Assembly (NCBI GenBank): GCA_963834385.1
Contig: CAWIBO010000005.1
Span: 192,001-256,000, forward strand
Length of the DNA: 64,000 nt
DNA from: an uncultured Verrucomicrobiae bacterium
GTDB taxonomy: Bacteria; Verrucomicrobiota; Verrucomicrobiia; Chthoniobacterales; UBA10450
Direction: 5' to 3'
Both the position numbers and the translations under genes were made by a program. The notes under the pieces are model-generated. The model was not told the DNA's origin. It ran no database searches and worked only from the letters and a program-made list of their open reading frames with translations. Shown one piece after another: positions 53,676 through 64,000 of this stretch (position 1 is its first letter; each line of letters opens with the position of its first letter).

Positions 53676-55349
53676 ATGAAACGAATCCTGCTTGCTCTAA
53701 CGGTCCTGTGCCTCCTCTTTTCCGCCTCCCGGCGGGCGGATGCCGAGGTTCAGGTTTCACTCGACTTCTTTTACGATAACCTCGGCGGCGGAAGCTGGAT
53801 CGAGGTGGATAATTACGGCTATTGCTGGCAACCCGGCGTGGCCGTTTCCAGCAGCGGCTGGCGGCCTTATGCCGACGGCTATTGGGCCTACACCGATCTC
53901 GGCTGGACCTGGGTTTCCTACGAGGACTTCGGCTGGGCCACCTACCACTACGGCCGCTGGGCCGATCTCGATGGGCACGGCTGGGTCTGGGTTCCCGGTT
54001 ACGATTGGGGTCCGGCCTGGGTTTCGTGGCGGACCGGCGGAGACTACGTGGGCTGGGCCCCGTTGCCGCCGGGCGGTGAGCCGATCTACGAGGGCCGGCC
54101 GATTGGCGGCCGGGTGGACGTCGAGTTCGATATCGGCCCGCTCTACTACAATTTCGTCGATATCCGCTACATCGGTGCGCCGGTCCTGCGCGAGCATATC
54201 TACGAGCCGCAGCGCAACATCACCATCATCAACAACACGGTCAACGTGACCAACATCACCTATAACAACTCGGTCGTTTACAATTACGGGCCGGAGTACG
54301 AGACCATGAGCCGCTATTCGGCGCGGCCCATCCAGCGCTTGAAACTGGAGCGCAAAAAGGACATGGATCCCGGCCAAGCCTTGCAGGCGGGCATGATGAC
54401 CAAGGTGCAGGGCGACAAGCTTGTCGTGGGCGCCCCGAACAAACTGGGGAAGGCGAACCGGAAGATGGCGCCGAAGCAGATCAAGAACACCGTGAAAGAG
54501 CCCAAGCTCCAGCGCGGCTGGGCGGGGATCGATGACCAGAACGTGCGCAAGAAATTAAGGCAAAAGATGGAGAAAGAGGACTCCAAGAACATCCCTCCGC
54601 CCACGATCGAGCCGCGTGGCGGGGCTGACGCGCAGGTGGGCGCTTCACCGGGTGGCGTCGATGCGGGTGCTGACGCCTCCGCGGACGTGGCCAAACAGGG
54701 CAAAAAGAACAAACAGGAGAAGCAGGGCGGGAAAAACCGTGGCCGCAACGATGGCCCCCCGACCGGGGATGCGAGTGAGGCGCTGGACAGTTCCGCCGCG
54801 ACCGAGGCTGACGCCAATGTAGGCGCGGGGCAGGGCAAGAAAGCCCGCAAAGCCGCGAAGCAGGAGGCCCTTGAAAACAAGCTCGGCCGCAAGGCCGGCG
54901 GGAACCAGGAAGAGCAATCCCAGTCCGGTGAAGAAAATCAATCAGTCAACAAGCCCGGCAAGAAGGCCCAGCGGCGTCTGCAGGGTCCTGAAGGCATCCC
55001 CGGCGAGGCCAACCAACCCTCGTTGAACGAGGCGCGGCCCATCCAGCCGCTGGAGCAGGGGAACCGCGGGCAGAAAAAGGCCCGTCGGCAGATGCAGGAA
55101 TCCGCCGCGCCGATGAATCCCGACGGAGGCCTCCTCCAGGAGAGCAATGCCGGCCCCGGGGGCGGACCCTCCAACAAGGCGCAGCGTCGCATGGAGAGGC
55201 AGCAGCAGCAGCGCATCCAGCAGGTCCCGCAACGCCAGGTTCAGCCGCAGGGACAGCCCCAAGGACAGCAACAGGAAGAGCAGGGGCAGGGACGCGGAAA
55301 GAAGAAACAGCGCAAGCAACAGGAAGAGGAAGCTCTCTCCCTCCCCTGA
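53676..55349 (+). CDS. Exported Trp/Gly-rich domain protein (DUF6600-like) with Gln/Lys-rich disordered tail
   Basis: WRPY.DG.W...GWTWVS.EDFGWATYHYGRW...WGPAWVSWR...GWAPLPP. Confidence 0.8.
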   Translation: MKRILLALTVLCLLFSASRRADAEVQVSLDFFYDNLGGGSWIEVDNYGYCWQPGVAVSSSGWRPYADGYWAYTDLGWTWVSYEDFGWATYHYGRWADLDGHGWVWVPGYDWGPAWVSWRTGGDYVGWAPLPPGGEPIYEGRPIGGRVDVEFDIGPLYYNFVDIRYIGAPVLREHIYEPQRNITIINNTVNVTNITYNNSVVYNYGPEYETMSRYSARPIQRLKLERKKDMDPGQALQAGMMTKVQGDKLVVGAPNKLGKANRKMAPKQIKNTVKEPKLQRGWAGIDDQNVRKKLRQKMEKEDSKNIPPPTIEPRGGADAQVGASPGGVDAGADASADVAKQGKKNKQEKQGGKNRGRNDGPPTGDASEALDSSAATEADANVGAGQGKKARKAAKQEALENKLGRKAGGNQEEQSQSGEENQSVNKPGKKAQRRLQGPEGIPGEANQPSLNEARPIQPLEQGNRGQKKARRQMQESAAPMNPDGGLLQESNAGPGGGPSNKAQRRMERQQQQRIQQVPQRQVQPQGQPQGQQQEEQGQGRGKKKQRKQQEEEALSLP

Positions 55350-55380
55350 CCAGGCGCCAGTCTTTCAACGTGGCAATCGC

Positions 55381-55409
55381 AGCGGCCCCGGTTTTCCGGG
55401 GCCGTTTTG
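55381..55409. terminator. Terminator hairpin between convergent genes
   Basis: CGGCCCCGG-TTTT-CCGGGGCCG followed by TTTT. Confidence 0.7.
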
Positions 55410-56412
55410 CTATGGCAACAGTTCGGCAATCTGGACCGCGTTCAAGGCCGCGCCCTTGAGCAGTTGGTCGCCCACGACCCAGAAGGCGAGGCCGTTCTCA
55501 AAGGCGCAATCGAGCCGGACCCGTCCGACCTGGCAGTTGTCGCGCCCGGCCACGGCCAGCGGGGTGGGATAACGCGCCGCCTGGGGTTCGTCCACCAGGT
55601 CAAGGCCGGGCGCCTTTCCCAGAATCTCGCGCGCCTGCTCCAGGGAAACGGTCCGCTCAAACTCCGCGCTGACCGCGACGGAATGAGCCCGGTAAACCGG
55701 CACGCGGACGCAGGTGACCGAGGCCTTGAAGTGGGGCAGATGCATGATGCGACGGCCTTCGCCCTGCATCTTCTGTTCCTCCTTCGTGTAACCGGTTTCG
55801 AGAAAGGAATCGACCTGTGGCAGGACATTGAAGGCAATGGGGTGGGGATAAACCTCGGGGACCGACGGGACGTTCCGGGCCGCATCCTCGCACCTGCCGC
55901 TGCAGCTCGGCAATGGCGCGCGCTCCGCTGCCGGAGACCGCCTGGTAACTCGAGGCGAAAATGCGCCGGACGCGAAACGCTCGGTGCAGAGGGTAAAGCG
56001 CCATCAGGGTGACCGCGGTGGTGCAATTGGGGTTCGCGATGATCCCCTTGTGCTGTTTGATGTCATCCCGGTTGATCTCGGGGATGACCAGCGGCACCGC
56101 GGGATCCATCCGGAAAGCCGAGGAATTGTCGATCACCACCGCGCCGGCGGCCTGCGCCACCGGGACATACTGGCGGGAGACCTCCCCGCCGGCGCTGAAG
56201 AAGGCGAGGTCAATTCCGGCAAAAGCCTTCTCGGAGAGGGGAACGACCTCCAGGTCCGTTCCGCGAAAGGGAAGGGTCTGGCCCGCCGAGCGGGATGAAG
56301 CCAGCAGGCGCAGGCTCGAAACGGGAAAATCACGGCGGTCGAGCACCGCCAGAAGTTCGCGCCCGACGGCGCCGGTCGCCCCGACCACGGCGATGTTATA
56401 GCTTTTCTCCAT
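55410..56412 (-). CDS. asd: Aspartate-semialdehyde dehydrogenase (frameshift at about 55891)
   Basis: GATGAVG, NPNCTT and YQAVSGSG; then TCVRVPV...HS and KGAALNAVQIAE in a second frame. Confidence 0.94.
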
Positions 56413-56444
56413 CAGGCGACGCAGTTTAACGTCCGTCCGGTTTC

Positions 56445-56900
56445 ATGCAAACCACCCGTCTTCGCATCTCGGTCAAGAAACAGGAACTTGTCCTGAAACG
56501 CGGCCGCCGCACGTTGCGGCGTTATCCCGTTTCCACTTCCGCCTTTGGTCTGGGCACGGAAGAGGGAAGCCTGAAGACGCCCACCGGTCGGTTTCGCGTG
56601 GCCGAGAAGATCGGTGCCGGCGCGCCGGGCGGGACTGTTTTCAAAAGCCGGCGCCCGGTCGGAAAGCTGGGGGAAATGCCGGAAGACGAAGACATGGTGG
56701 TCTCGCGCATTCTCTGGCTGGAAGGGCTCGAGCGGGAGAATGCCAACACGCACGGGCGTTTTATCTACATCCACGGGACAAATCAGGAAAAAGCGATCGG
56801 CCGGCCGGCCAGCCACGGCTGCGTGCGCATGCGTAACGAGGACGTGGTGGAGCTCTTTGACCTGGTTCCGGAAGGAACTCCCGTCCGGATTGCCCTTTAG
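56445..56900 (+). CDS. L,D-transpeptidase (YkuD family)
   Basis: TPTGRF; IYIHGT...ASHGCVRM. Confidence 0.92.
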   Translation: MQTTRLRISVKKQELVLKRGRRTLRRYPVSTSAFGLGTEEGSLKTPTGRFRVAEKIGAGAPGGTVFKSRRPVGKLGEMPEDEDMVVSRILWLEGLERENANTHGRFIYIHGTNQEKAIGRPASHGCVRMRNEDVVELFDLVPEGTPVRIAL

Positions 56901-57006
56901 GCGCGTATTAGCCGGTGGGGCCAAAACCGACAGAAAAGCGTTGCGTCGGTCTGGCTCCACGCCTAAAAAGCGTCAGCAACCTGCTGGGAAAGGAGGCGAA
57001 CTAATA

Positions 57007-57138
57007 ATGAAATTTGTGAAAGCGATCATGATCGTGGCCATCGCGGCCAGTGCACTGACCCTCGGGGCGTGTGCGCAGAAGAAGGATACGATGTCGACGA
57101 CGACAAGCACTTCCGCTTCGACCGGTTACTCGAAATAA
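57007..57138 (+). CDS. 43-aa small lipoprotein
   Basis: MKFVKAIMIVAIAASALTLGACAQKKDTMSTTTSTSASTGYSK; SD AAAGGAGG; LGAC lipobox; downstream terminator. Confidence 0.82.
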   Translation: MKFVKAIMIVAIAASALTLGACAQKKDTMSTTTSTSASTGYSK

Positions 57139-57169
57139 CTCGTGTGACCAGCCGGTAGAACCTTTAACC

Positions 57170-57208
57170 AGGGGCCAGGCCGTTCGCGGCCCTGGCCCCT
57201 TTTCTTTT
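57170..57208 (+). terminator. Intrinsic terminator
   Basis: AGGGGCCAGG...CCTGGCCCCT stem with a TTCG loop, followed by TTTCTTTT. Confidence 0.85.
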
Positions 57209-57259
57209 CATCGCTCTCCGGGCGTTGTCGTCCGGAGCCGGACGTAGTATGGAAACCTC

Positions 57260-58768
57260 GTGCTCGAACTAGACGGCCAGGCGCTCGCCCTTTCTCAGAT
57301 TGCCGCGGTCGCCCACGGCCCGGTCCCGCTCTCGATTGCCCCGGCCGCGCGGCGCCGCATCCTGGATTCGCGCGCGGTGGTGGAAAAAATCGTGGCGCGG
57401 AACGCCACCGTTTACGGGGTGAACACCGGGTTCGGGAAACTTTCCGAGATCCAGGTCAAACCGGAGGAGCTGCTCGACCTGCAGCGCAATCTCGTCCGCA
57501 GCCATGCCTGCGGAATCGGCACCCCTCTTTCCATTCCCGAAGTGCGCGCCATGATGCTGCTGCGGGCCAATGTGCTCACCCTCGGCTTCAGCGGCGTGCG
57601 GATGGAAATCATCGAGGCCCTCCTCGCGCTGCTCGATCGCGGCGTCACCCCGGTCGTTCCGGAGAAAGGTTCCGTCGGCGCCAGTGGCGACCTGGCCCCG
57701 CTGGCCCACCTGGCCCTGTCGCTCATCGGGGAGGGCGAATCGTTTTATCAAGGCGAGCGCCTTCCCGGAGGCGAGGCGCTGCGGCGGGCCGGTCTGGCCC
57801 CGGTGGAGCTGGCGGCCAAGGAAGGTCTCGCCCTGCTCAACGGAACTCAGGCCATGCATGCCGTGGGTGGCTTGTCTCTTTTTCGGGCCCTGCGCCTGAC
57901 CCGCGTGGCCGACATGGCCGGGGCCATGTCGCTGGAATCGCTGAAGGGCACGCCGGCCGCTTTCGACGACCGGATTCAACAGGCTCGCCCGCACCCCGGC
58001 CAGGTGGCGGCTGCGGCGCATCTCCGCGAACTTCTCGAGGGGAGCGAGATTCGCGAGTCGCATCGGTCGGATGATCCCCGGGTGCAGGACGCCTACAGCC
58101 TGCGCTGCATGCCGCAGGTGCACGGCGCGGTCCGCGGGGCGCTGGCGCATTGCGAGGAGGTGCTCGCCCTCGAGTCGCGCTCGGCCACGGATAACCCCCT
58201 CGTTTTCCCGGCCGGGGAAGAGGTGATTTCCGGAGGCAATTTTCATGGCGCGCCGCTGGCGCTCGCTCTCGACTATGCCGCGATTGCCCTGACCGACCTG
58301 ATGAGCATCAGCGAACGCCGAATTGAACGGCTCCTGAACCCCGACATGAACGAGGGTCTGCCCGCCTTCCTCGCGCGCTCACCCGGCCGGGAATCCGGAT
58401 TTATGATTGCGCATGTGGCGGTGGCTTCCCTCCTGGCTGAGGCGCGCATCCTTTCGCACCCGGCCTCGGTGGATAGCGTGCCGACTTCCGCCGGGAAAGA
58501 AGACCATGTTTCCATGGGGATGACGGCCGCGCTGAAATTCCGGACGGTGGTGGAGAACGCCGAGCACGTTTTCGCGATCGAACTGCTGGTCGCCGCGGAA
58601 GGACTCGAGCATCGTCGTCCTCTCCGGGCCGGGCGTGGGGTTGAGCGGGCTCACGCCGTCGTGCGGAGCCTGGCCGCGCCCCTCACGGAAGATCGCGTCC
58701 TGGCCACCGATATCGCCGCGCTCGCGTCCGCGCTGCGTCATGGCAAATTCGATCATCATGAGCAGTGA
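57260..58768 (+). CDS. hutH: Histidine ammonia-lyase
   Basis: [17 protein letters not shown] (MIO), [21 protein letters not shown]. Confidence 0.96.
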   Translation: MLELDGQALALSQIAAVAHGPVPLSIAPAARRRILDSRAVVEKIVARNATVYGVNTGFGKLSEIQVKPEELLDLQRNLVRSHACGIGTPLSIPEVRAMMLLRANVLTLGFSGVRMEIIEALLALLDRGVTPVVPEKGSVGASGDLAPLAHLALSLIGEGESFYQGERLPGGEALRRAGLAPVELAAKEGLALLNGTQAMHAVGGLSLFRALRLTRVADMAGAMSLESLKGTPAAFDDRIQQARPHPGQVAAAAHLRELLEGSEIRESHRSDDPRVQDAYSLRCMPQVHGAVRGALAHCEEVLALESRSATDNPLVFPAGEEVISGGNFHGAPLALALDYAAIALTDLMSISERRIERLLNPDMNEGLPAFLARSPGRESGFMIAHVAVASLLAEARILSHPASVDSVPTSAGKEDHVSMGMTAALKFRTVVENAEHVFAIELLVAAEGLEHRRPLRAGRGVERAHAVVRSLAAPLTEDRVLATDIAALASALRHGKFDHHEQ

Positions 58769-60425
58769 CAGGGTCATTCGGGCGCCGCGCGGCACCGGGA
58801 TCAGTTGCAAGGGCTGGGTGCAGGAAGCGGCGCTGCGGATGTTGATGAACAATCTCGACCCGGAGGTCGCGGAAGAGCCCGGGCGCCTGATTGTCTATGG
58901 CGGCACCGGGCGGGCCGCGCGGAGCTGGGAGGCTTTTGACGCCCTCGTGGAGGCCTTGCGCGGGCTGGAGAACGACGAAACGCTCCTGGTGCAATCCGGG
59001 AAGCCGGTCGGCGTTTTCCGCACGCACACCGATGCCCCGCGCGTGCTCATCGCGAATTCCAACCTCGTCGGCCATTTTTCAAATTACCCCGAGTTCAACC
59101 GGCTCGAGCAGATGGGGCTGACCATGTACGGGCAGATGACGGCCGGTTCCTGGATTTACATCGGCTCACAGGGGATCGTGCAGGGGACGTTCGAGACTTT
59201 TGCCGAGGCGGGCCGGCGCCATTTCGGCGGCAGCCTGGCCGGCCGGTTGGTCGTCAGTGGCGGACTGGGCGGCATGGGCGGGGCGCAACCGCTCGCGGCC
59301 GCTCTGAACGGGGCCTGTTTCCTCGGGGTGGAGGTTGACCCGAGCCGGATCGAAAAGCGGCTGCGCAGCGGTTACTGCGACAAGATGGCGGACTCGCTGG
59401 ATGAAGCCCTGCGTTTGCTGGAAGGGGCGAAAAAAGAGCGCCGGGCGCTTTCCGTGGGCCTGGTCGGCAACTGCGCCGAGGTGCTGCCCGAGCTGGTTCG
59501 TCGCGGGGTGACGCCCGATCTGCTGACCGACCAGACGAGCGCGCACGACGCGCTCAATGGATATGTTCCGCCGGGTTTGTCGCTGGAGAAAGCGTTCGAC
59601 CTGCGCAAAGAGGACCCGGAGGAATATGTCCGCCGTTCCATGGAGGGGATGGCGACGCATGTGCGCGCCATGCTTGACCTGCAGAAGCGCGGGGCGATCA
59701 CTTTCGATTACGGCAACAACATCCGCACGCAGGCGAAGAAGGCGGGCGTGGAAGATGCCTTTGCCATTCCCGGCTTTGTCCCGGAATACATCAGGCCGCT
59801 TTTCTGCGAAGGGAAAGGCCCGTTCCGCTGGGTCGCATTGAGCGGGGACCCCGCCGATATCGCGCGGACCGATGCGCTTGCGCTCGAGATGTTCCCCGAG
59901 AACGAAATTCTCGGCCGGTGGATGCGCCTGGCGCAGGAAAGAGTCCACTTCCAGGGTTTGCCCGCCCGGATCTGCTGGCTCGGCTACGGGGAACGCGCAC
60001 GCTTCGGCCTGGCTATGAACGACCTGGTGCGTCGCGGCGAGGTCAAGGCGCCGATCGTGATTGGACGCGATCATCTCGACACCGGCTCGGTTGCCTCTCC
60101 CTTTCGTGAGACGGAAGGGATGCTCGATGGCAGCGACGCCATTGCGGACTGGCCGCTTTTGAACGCGCTCGTGAACACGGCCGCGGGCGCTTCCTGGATT
60201 TCGATTCACAACGGCGGCGGCGTCGGGATTGGATATTCACAGCATGCCGGCATGGTCGTGGTGGCCGATGGCAGCGACGAGGCGGCGCGCCGTCTTGAAC
60301 GGGTTCTGACCAGCGACCCCGGGATGGGCGTGATCCGGCATGCCGATGCGGGCTACACTCGCGCCATTCGTTTTGCGCAGGAAAGCGGCGTCAGGGTGCC
60401 GATGAAACCCCAGGCAAGAGATTGA
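58758..60425 (+). CDS. hutU: Urocanate hydratase
   Basis: [37 protein letters not shown]. Confidence 0.98.
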   Translation: MSSDRVIRAPRGTGISCKGWVQEAALRMLMNNLDPEVAEEPGRLIVYGGTGRAARSWEAFDALVEALRGLENDETLLVQSGKPVGVFRTHTDAPRVLIANSNLVGHFSNYPEFNRLEQMGLTMYGQMTAGSWIYIGSQGIVQGTFETFAEAGRRHFGGSLAGRLVVSGGLGGMGGAQPLAAALNGACFLGVEVDPSRIEKRLRSGYCDKMADSLDEALRLLEGAKKERRALSVGLVGNCAEVLPELVRRGVTPDLLTDQTSAHDALNGYVPPGLSLEKAFDLRKEDPEEYVRRSMEGMATHVRAMLDLQKRGAITFDYGNNIRTQAKKAGVEDAFAIPGFVPEYIRPLFCEGKGPFRWVALSGDPADIARTDALALEMFPENEILGRWMRLAQERVHFQGLPARICWLGYGERARFGLAMNDLVRRGEVKAPIVIGRDHLDTGSVASPFRETEGMLDGSDAIADWPLLNALVNTAAGASWISIHNGGGVGIGYSQHAGMVVVADGSDEAARRLERVLTSDPGMGVIRHADAGYTRAIRFAQESGVRVPMKPQARD

Positions 60426-61330
60426 AGGACGATCCAAACTGGCCGAGAGCCTCGGCGTGGCTGGCGGGTGAGGGCAACGCCGGCGCCAGCGCGCCCTCCC
60501 TTGTTCTTCTGGGCGTGCCCACCAATACTTCCCTGACGCCGGGCCGTTGCGACCTGGCGCCGCGTGCCATTCGGGCGGCGCTCTCGCGCTACAGCACTTA
60601 TGATCTCGACCATGATGTCGACCTCGCGCGTCTCGGCGTCCGGGATGCGGGTGACCTTCCGGCGCCCGCCGATCTTGCGCGTGACCTCGATGATACGGCC
60701 GCGCGCATCCGCGACGCGATCGGACCGGCCACCGGCGCGCTTCTCGGCGGCGATAACGCGCTGACGCGGCCCGGCGTTCATGCCCTTGCGCCTGACCTCG
60801 CGGACTGCGCCCTGCTCACCTTCGATGCGCATCACGATTTGCGGGACCTTCAGGACGGTTTGCACAATGGAAATCCCGTGCGCGCCTTGTTGCAGGATGG
60901 ACTGCCCGGCTCGCAGATCGTCCAGGTCGGCGTGCAACCCTTTGCCAATTCGCCCGCCTACGCGGCCGTGGCTCGCGCCGCCGGGATCACTGTGATCTCC
61001 GCCGACGCGGTCCACGCCAGCGGCATCGAGATGGTGGTGACGAAAGCGCTGGCTCACCTCGCCAAGGGGGGGCGCCGGATCTATGTCGACCTGGATGTGG
61101 ACGTGCTCGATCGGGCCTTTGCCCCCGCCTGCCCGGGGGCCCGCCCCGGCGGCCTGACCCCGGCGATGATGCGGCAGGCGGCGTATCTCTGCGGCGCGCA
61201 TCCGGCAGTCAGGATGATCGATTTCGTGGAGATTGATCCCGAGCGCGACCTGGCGGACGTCACCGTGCTGGCGGCGGCCTCTTTTCTCCTCGCGTTTGCC
61301 AGTGGACTGGCGCGACGCCCGCGTTCGTGA
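60422..61330 (+). CDS. hutG: Formimidoylglutamase (arginase family)
   Basis: [21 protein letters not shown]; located within the hut cluster. Confidence 0.82.
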   Translation: MKDDPNWPRASAWLAGEGNAGASAPSLVLLGVPTNTSLTPGRCDLAPRAIRAALSRYSTYDLDHDVDLARLGVRDAGDLPAPADLARDLDDTAARIRDAIGPATGALLGGDNALTRPGVHALAPDLADCALLTFDAHHDLRDLQDGLHNGNPVRALLQDGLPGSQIVQVGVQPFANSPAYAAVARAAGITVISADAVHASGIEMVVTKALAHLAKGGRRIYVDLDVDVLDRAFAPACPGARPGGLTPAMMRQAAYLCGAHPAVRMIDFVEIDPERDLADVTVLAAASFLLAFASGLARRPRS

Positions 61331-62583
61331 TGTCTGCCACCGCTCTCATCCGCATTGGTCAGCTTGTGACCGTGGCCGGTCCGCCGCAGCCCCGCACCGG
61401 CCCGGCGATGCGCGACCTGGGAATGATTCGAAATGGCGGCCTTCTCATCCGGAACGGACGAATTGAGCGGACTGGCCCATCCGATGAGATCGCTGCGGCC
61501 GCGGAGGAATTGGGCGCCGAGATCGTTGATGCCGAGGAAGGCGTGGTCCTGCCCGGTTTTGTCGATGCCCACGCGCATCCTGTTTTCGGCGGGCAGCGCC
61601 TGGAAGAATTTGAACAGCGGGCCGCAGGGGCAAGCTATGAGGAAATTGCCGCGAGCGGCGGCGGCATCCGCTCCACGGTGAAGCAGACACGCGCCGCCAC
61701 GGAGGAGGAGCTGTTGGCGCAGGCGCGCAAACATGCGGGCTGGTTCCTCCAGGGGGGCACGACCACCGTGGAAGCCAAATCCGGTTACGGACTTTCCCTG
61801 GAGGCGGAGCTCAAGATTTTGCGGGTCATCCGCGCCCTGAACCAGGAATCCGACCTCGAGTTCGTCCCCACGTTCCTGGGAGCGCATGCGGTCCCCGATG
61901 AGTTTCGTGGGACGCCGGAGCGTTACGTGGAACTGATCACGGAGGAAATGCTGCCGGCGGTGGCGGCGGAACACCTCGCCGAGTACTGCGACGCCTTCTG
62001 CGAAGCCGGCTACTTTGATTTGGCCACGACCCGGCGCGTTCTCCAGCGCGCCAGAGACCTTGGCCTTGGTTTGCGTCTCCACGCCGACCAGCTCACTGAC
62101 AGCGGGGGGGCGCGGCTGGCGGCGGAATTGCGGACGCAGACGGCGGATCACCTCGAGCAGACGGAAATCGACGGGATCCGAGCCCTCGCGGCGGCCGGCG
62201 TGCAGCCGGTCCTTCTTCCCGGGTCGGTCTATGCTCTTTCCAAAACGCGCTATCCGCGGGCCCGGGCCATGATCGAGGAGGGGCTCGCGGTTGTCCTGGC
62301 GACCGATTTCAATCCCGGATCTTCGCCGACGACCTCGATGCCGATGGTCATGTCGCTTGCGGTGACGCAAATGAAGATGCTGCCGGCGGAAGCCCTCGTC
62401 GCCGCCACCATCAACGCGGCCTGGAGCCTGCAGCGGGGCGACCGGCTCGGCTCCCTGGAACCGGGAAAGCAGGCCGATTTCACCCTCTTCGAGTGCGCTG
62501 ACTACCGCGAGATCATCTATTACTTCGGCACTTCGTTCACCCGCGCCGTTTTCAAGCAAGGCCAGCGGGTCTTTGCCGCCTGA
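61327..62583 (+). CDS. hutI: Imidazolonepropionase
   Basis: PGFVDAHAH, EAKSGYGL, HADQL, ATDFNPG. Confidence 0.96.
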   Translation: MMSATALIRIGQLVTVAGPPQPRTGPAMRDLGMIRNGGLLIRNGRIERTGPSDEIAAAAEELGAEIVDAEEGVVLPGFVDAHAHPVFGGQRLEEFEQRAAGASYEEIAASGGGIRSTVKQTRAATEEELLAQARKHAGWFLQGGTTTVEAKSGYGLSLEAELKILRVIRALNQESDLEFVPTFLGAHAVPDEFRGTPERYVELITEEMLPAVAAEHLAEYCDAFCEAGYFDLATTRRVLQRARDLGLGLRLHADQLTDSGGARLAAELRTQTADHLEQTEIDGIRALAAAGVQPVLLPGSVYALSKTRYPRARAMIEEGLAVVLATDFNPGSSPTTSMPMVMSLAVTQMKMLPAEALVAATINAAWSLQRGDRLGSLEPGKQADFTLFECADYREIIYYFGTSFTRAVFKQGQRVFAA

Positions 62584-62645
62584 GGAGGGCCAGGGCGGGA
62601 CGCTTATTTGCACCACGCCACAGGCGCCCGTAACGTCGGGGTCAC

Positions 62646-63992
62646 ATGAAGGTAGAGCTGGAAAGACAGGCGGATTCCACGGCAACGCTGCGCATCGAAT
62701 TGGGGCCGGACCAGGTCTCAAAGGAGTGGGACGCCATCACGAACTCATTTGCCAAACACGCCCGCATTCCCGGTTATCGCCCGGGGAAGGCGCCGAAACG
62801 CGTGATCGAGGCCAAGTTTCGCAAAGAGATCCAGGATGAGCTGACCCAGAAACTGGTTTCCCGCAGCTATCACGAGGCCGTCGAGCGTGAGCGCCTCCGG
62901 GTTGTTTCCCTGACCAACGTCGATGATGTCGTCTTCGGCGACGACCGCTCCATGCGCTTTCGCGCGACCGTCGTGACCGCCCCGGAATTCGAACTGCCGG
63001 ATTACAAGAATCTGAAGGTCGAGATGCCGGACACCGCCGTGACCCCGGCGGAGATCGACGAGGCGGTCGAGCGGCTGCGCGAGCAGGCGGCCGATTTCGT
63101 TGATGCGCCCGAGCGGCCCCTGCAGATGGGCGACTTTGTCGTCATCGATTTTGAGGGCTCGGTTGAGGGCAAGCCGGTCGCCGAGATTGCGCCGGACTCG
63201 AGCCGGAATCTCCAGGGCGGCAAAAAATTCTGGCTGCATCTCGCGCCCGAAAATTTCCTGCCCGGCTTTTGCGAGAAACTGGTGGGCAAGGCCAAAGGCG
63301 AGACCACTCTGGTGCAGGTCGATTTTCCCGCGGATTTCCCGGTGGCGGCACTCGCCGGCCGGCGGGCGGATTACGCCGTGACGATCAACGAGGTCAAGGA
63401 CCGTGTGCTCCCGCCGCTGGATGACGAACTGGCGGCCAAGATCGTGCCGGGGAAGAATTTGGAAGAGCTCCGGCACATGATGGAGCACAATCTCGAGCAC
63501 GAGAAGGAGCATGCCGCGGAGAGGGCCAGGGAGAGCCAGATCGTCGAGCAGCTCCAGGCCGCGGTGCAATTCGAGCTGCCGCCGCCGCTCCTCCGGCAGG
63601 AAACCCGGCGCGCCCTCGGCGAGCTGGTGCGGCGGAACCGGGAGCGCGGGGTGCCCGATGACATCCTGAAGAACAAGGAGAAGGAACTCGTGGAAGGGGC
63701 CGGCGGCCTGGCGGCCCATCGGCTCAAGACCAATTTCATCCTGCACCGGATCGCCGAGCAGGAGAAAATTTCCGTGACCCGCCAGGAGGTCGACGAACGT
63801 ATTGGAGAGGAGGCGCAGCGTTACAACCTGACTCCCGAAAAGATGAGAAAAGAGCTGGAGGAACACGGCGGGCTCGACGGTCTGGCCGAGGAAGTGCTTC
63901 TGGGTAAGACTCTTGCTTTCCTGAAGGCCAATGTTAGCGTCGAGCGGGCCTCGGGAACGACGGCTGAAAGCGACGCGACCGACCAAAAATGA
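62646..63992 (+). CDS. tig: Trigger factor
   Basis: IPGYRPGKAP ribosome-binding motif; FKBP-like domain (IDFEG...FPADF). Confidence 0.95.
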   Translation: MKVELERQADSTATLRIELGPDQVSKEWDAITNSFAKHARIPGYRPGKAPKRVIEAKFRKEIQDELTQKLVSRSYHEAVERERLRVVSLTNVDDVVFGDDRSMRFRATVVTAPEFELPDYKNLKVEMPDTAVTPAEIDEAVERLREQAADFVDAPERPLQMGDFVVIDFEGSVEGKPVAEIAPDSSRNLQGGKKFWLHLAPENFLPGFCEKLVGKAKGETTLVQVDFPADFPVAALAGRRADYAVTINEVKDRVLPPLDDELAAKIVPGKNLEELRHMMEHNLEHEKEHAAERARESQIVEQLQAAVQFELPPPLLRQETRRALGELVRRNRERGVPDDILKNKEKELVEGAGGLAAHRLKTNFILHRIAEQEKISVTRQEVDERIGEEAQRYNLTPEKMRKELEEHGGLDGLAEEVLLGKTLAFLKANVSVERASGTTAESDATDQK

Positions 63993-64000
63993 TGACCAAC

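Noticed and set aside
55880..55900. asd pseudogene
   Set aside because: Both halves are conserved and a single extra base explains the break; the gene is normally essential.
57260..62583. hut cluster as a novel pathway
   Set aside because: Standard hutH-U-G-I histidine utilisation genes.
63989..64000. Start of a gene after tig (clpP expected by synteny)
   Set aside because: Only four codons are in the window, so it cannot be identified.

Overview
High-GC bacterial chromosomal window, most consistent with Verrucomicrobiota (probably Chthoniobacterales-like). This is an inference from gene order and protein styles: fusA is directly followed by rpsJ, there is no rpsN or rpmD, and futalosine-pathway genes are present. 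Content is mostly core housekeeping: lepB, an hpnD-like synthase, UbiD, dnaX-ybaB, peptidases (DmpA/P1, an M16 pair, M23, DegP), smc, the str-S10-spc-alpha ribosomal superoperon (23.2-41.5 kb), a secretin, an ECF sigma factor, mqnE/mqnA, recJ/recG, asd, hutHUGI and tig. Many essential genes are broken by single-base indels, densest at about 28.9-37.7 kb, which almost certainly reflects consensus/sequencing error. I found no tRNA, rRNA, CRISPR array or intact transposase. The best novelty candidate is a two-gene minus-strand module at 12.4-13.0 kb. It has a leaderless, Cys-rich, apparently exported ORF ending in a Pro-rich tail (RPDRPPVPPPRA), then a UUCG hairpin, then an unannotated 44-aa secreted peptide with three CC pairs and its own SD and terminator; this resembles metal-responsive ribosome-stalling leader systems. 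Other notable items: an exported coiled-coil protein gene wedged between rpsS and rplV, a decayed infA at its canonical locus, a SecY with an extra C-terminal TM helix, long low-complexity ribosomal protein extensions, several short palindromic repeat families in intergenic spaces, and an NrdR-like box upstream of smc.
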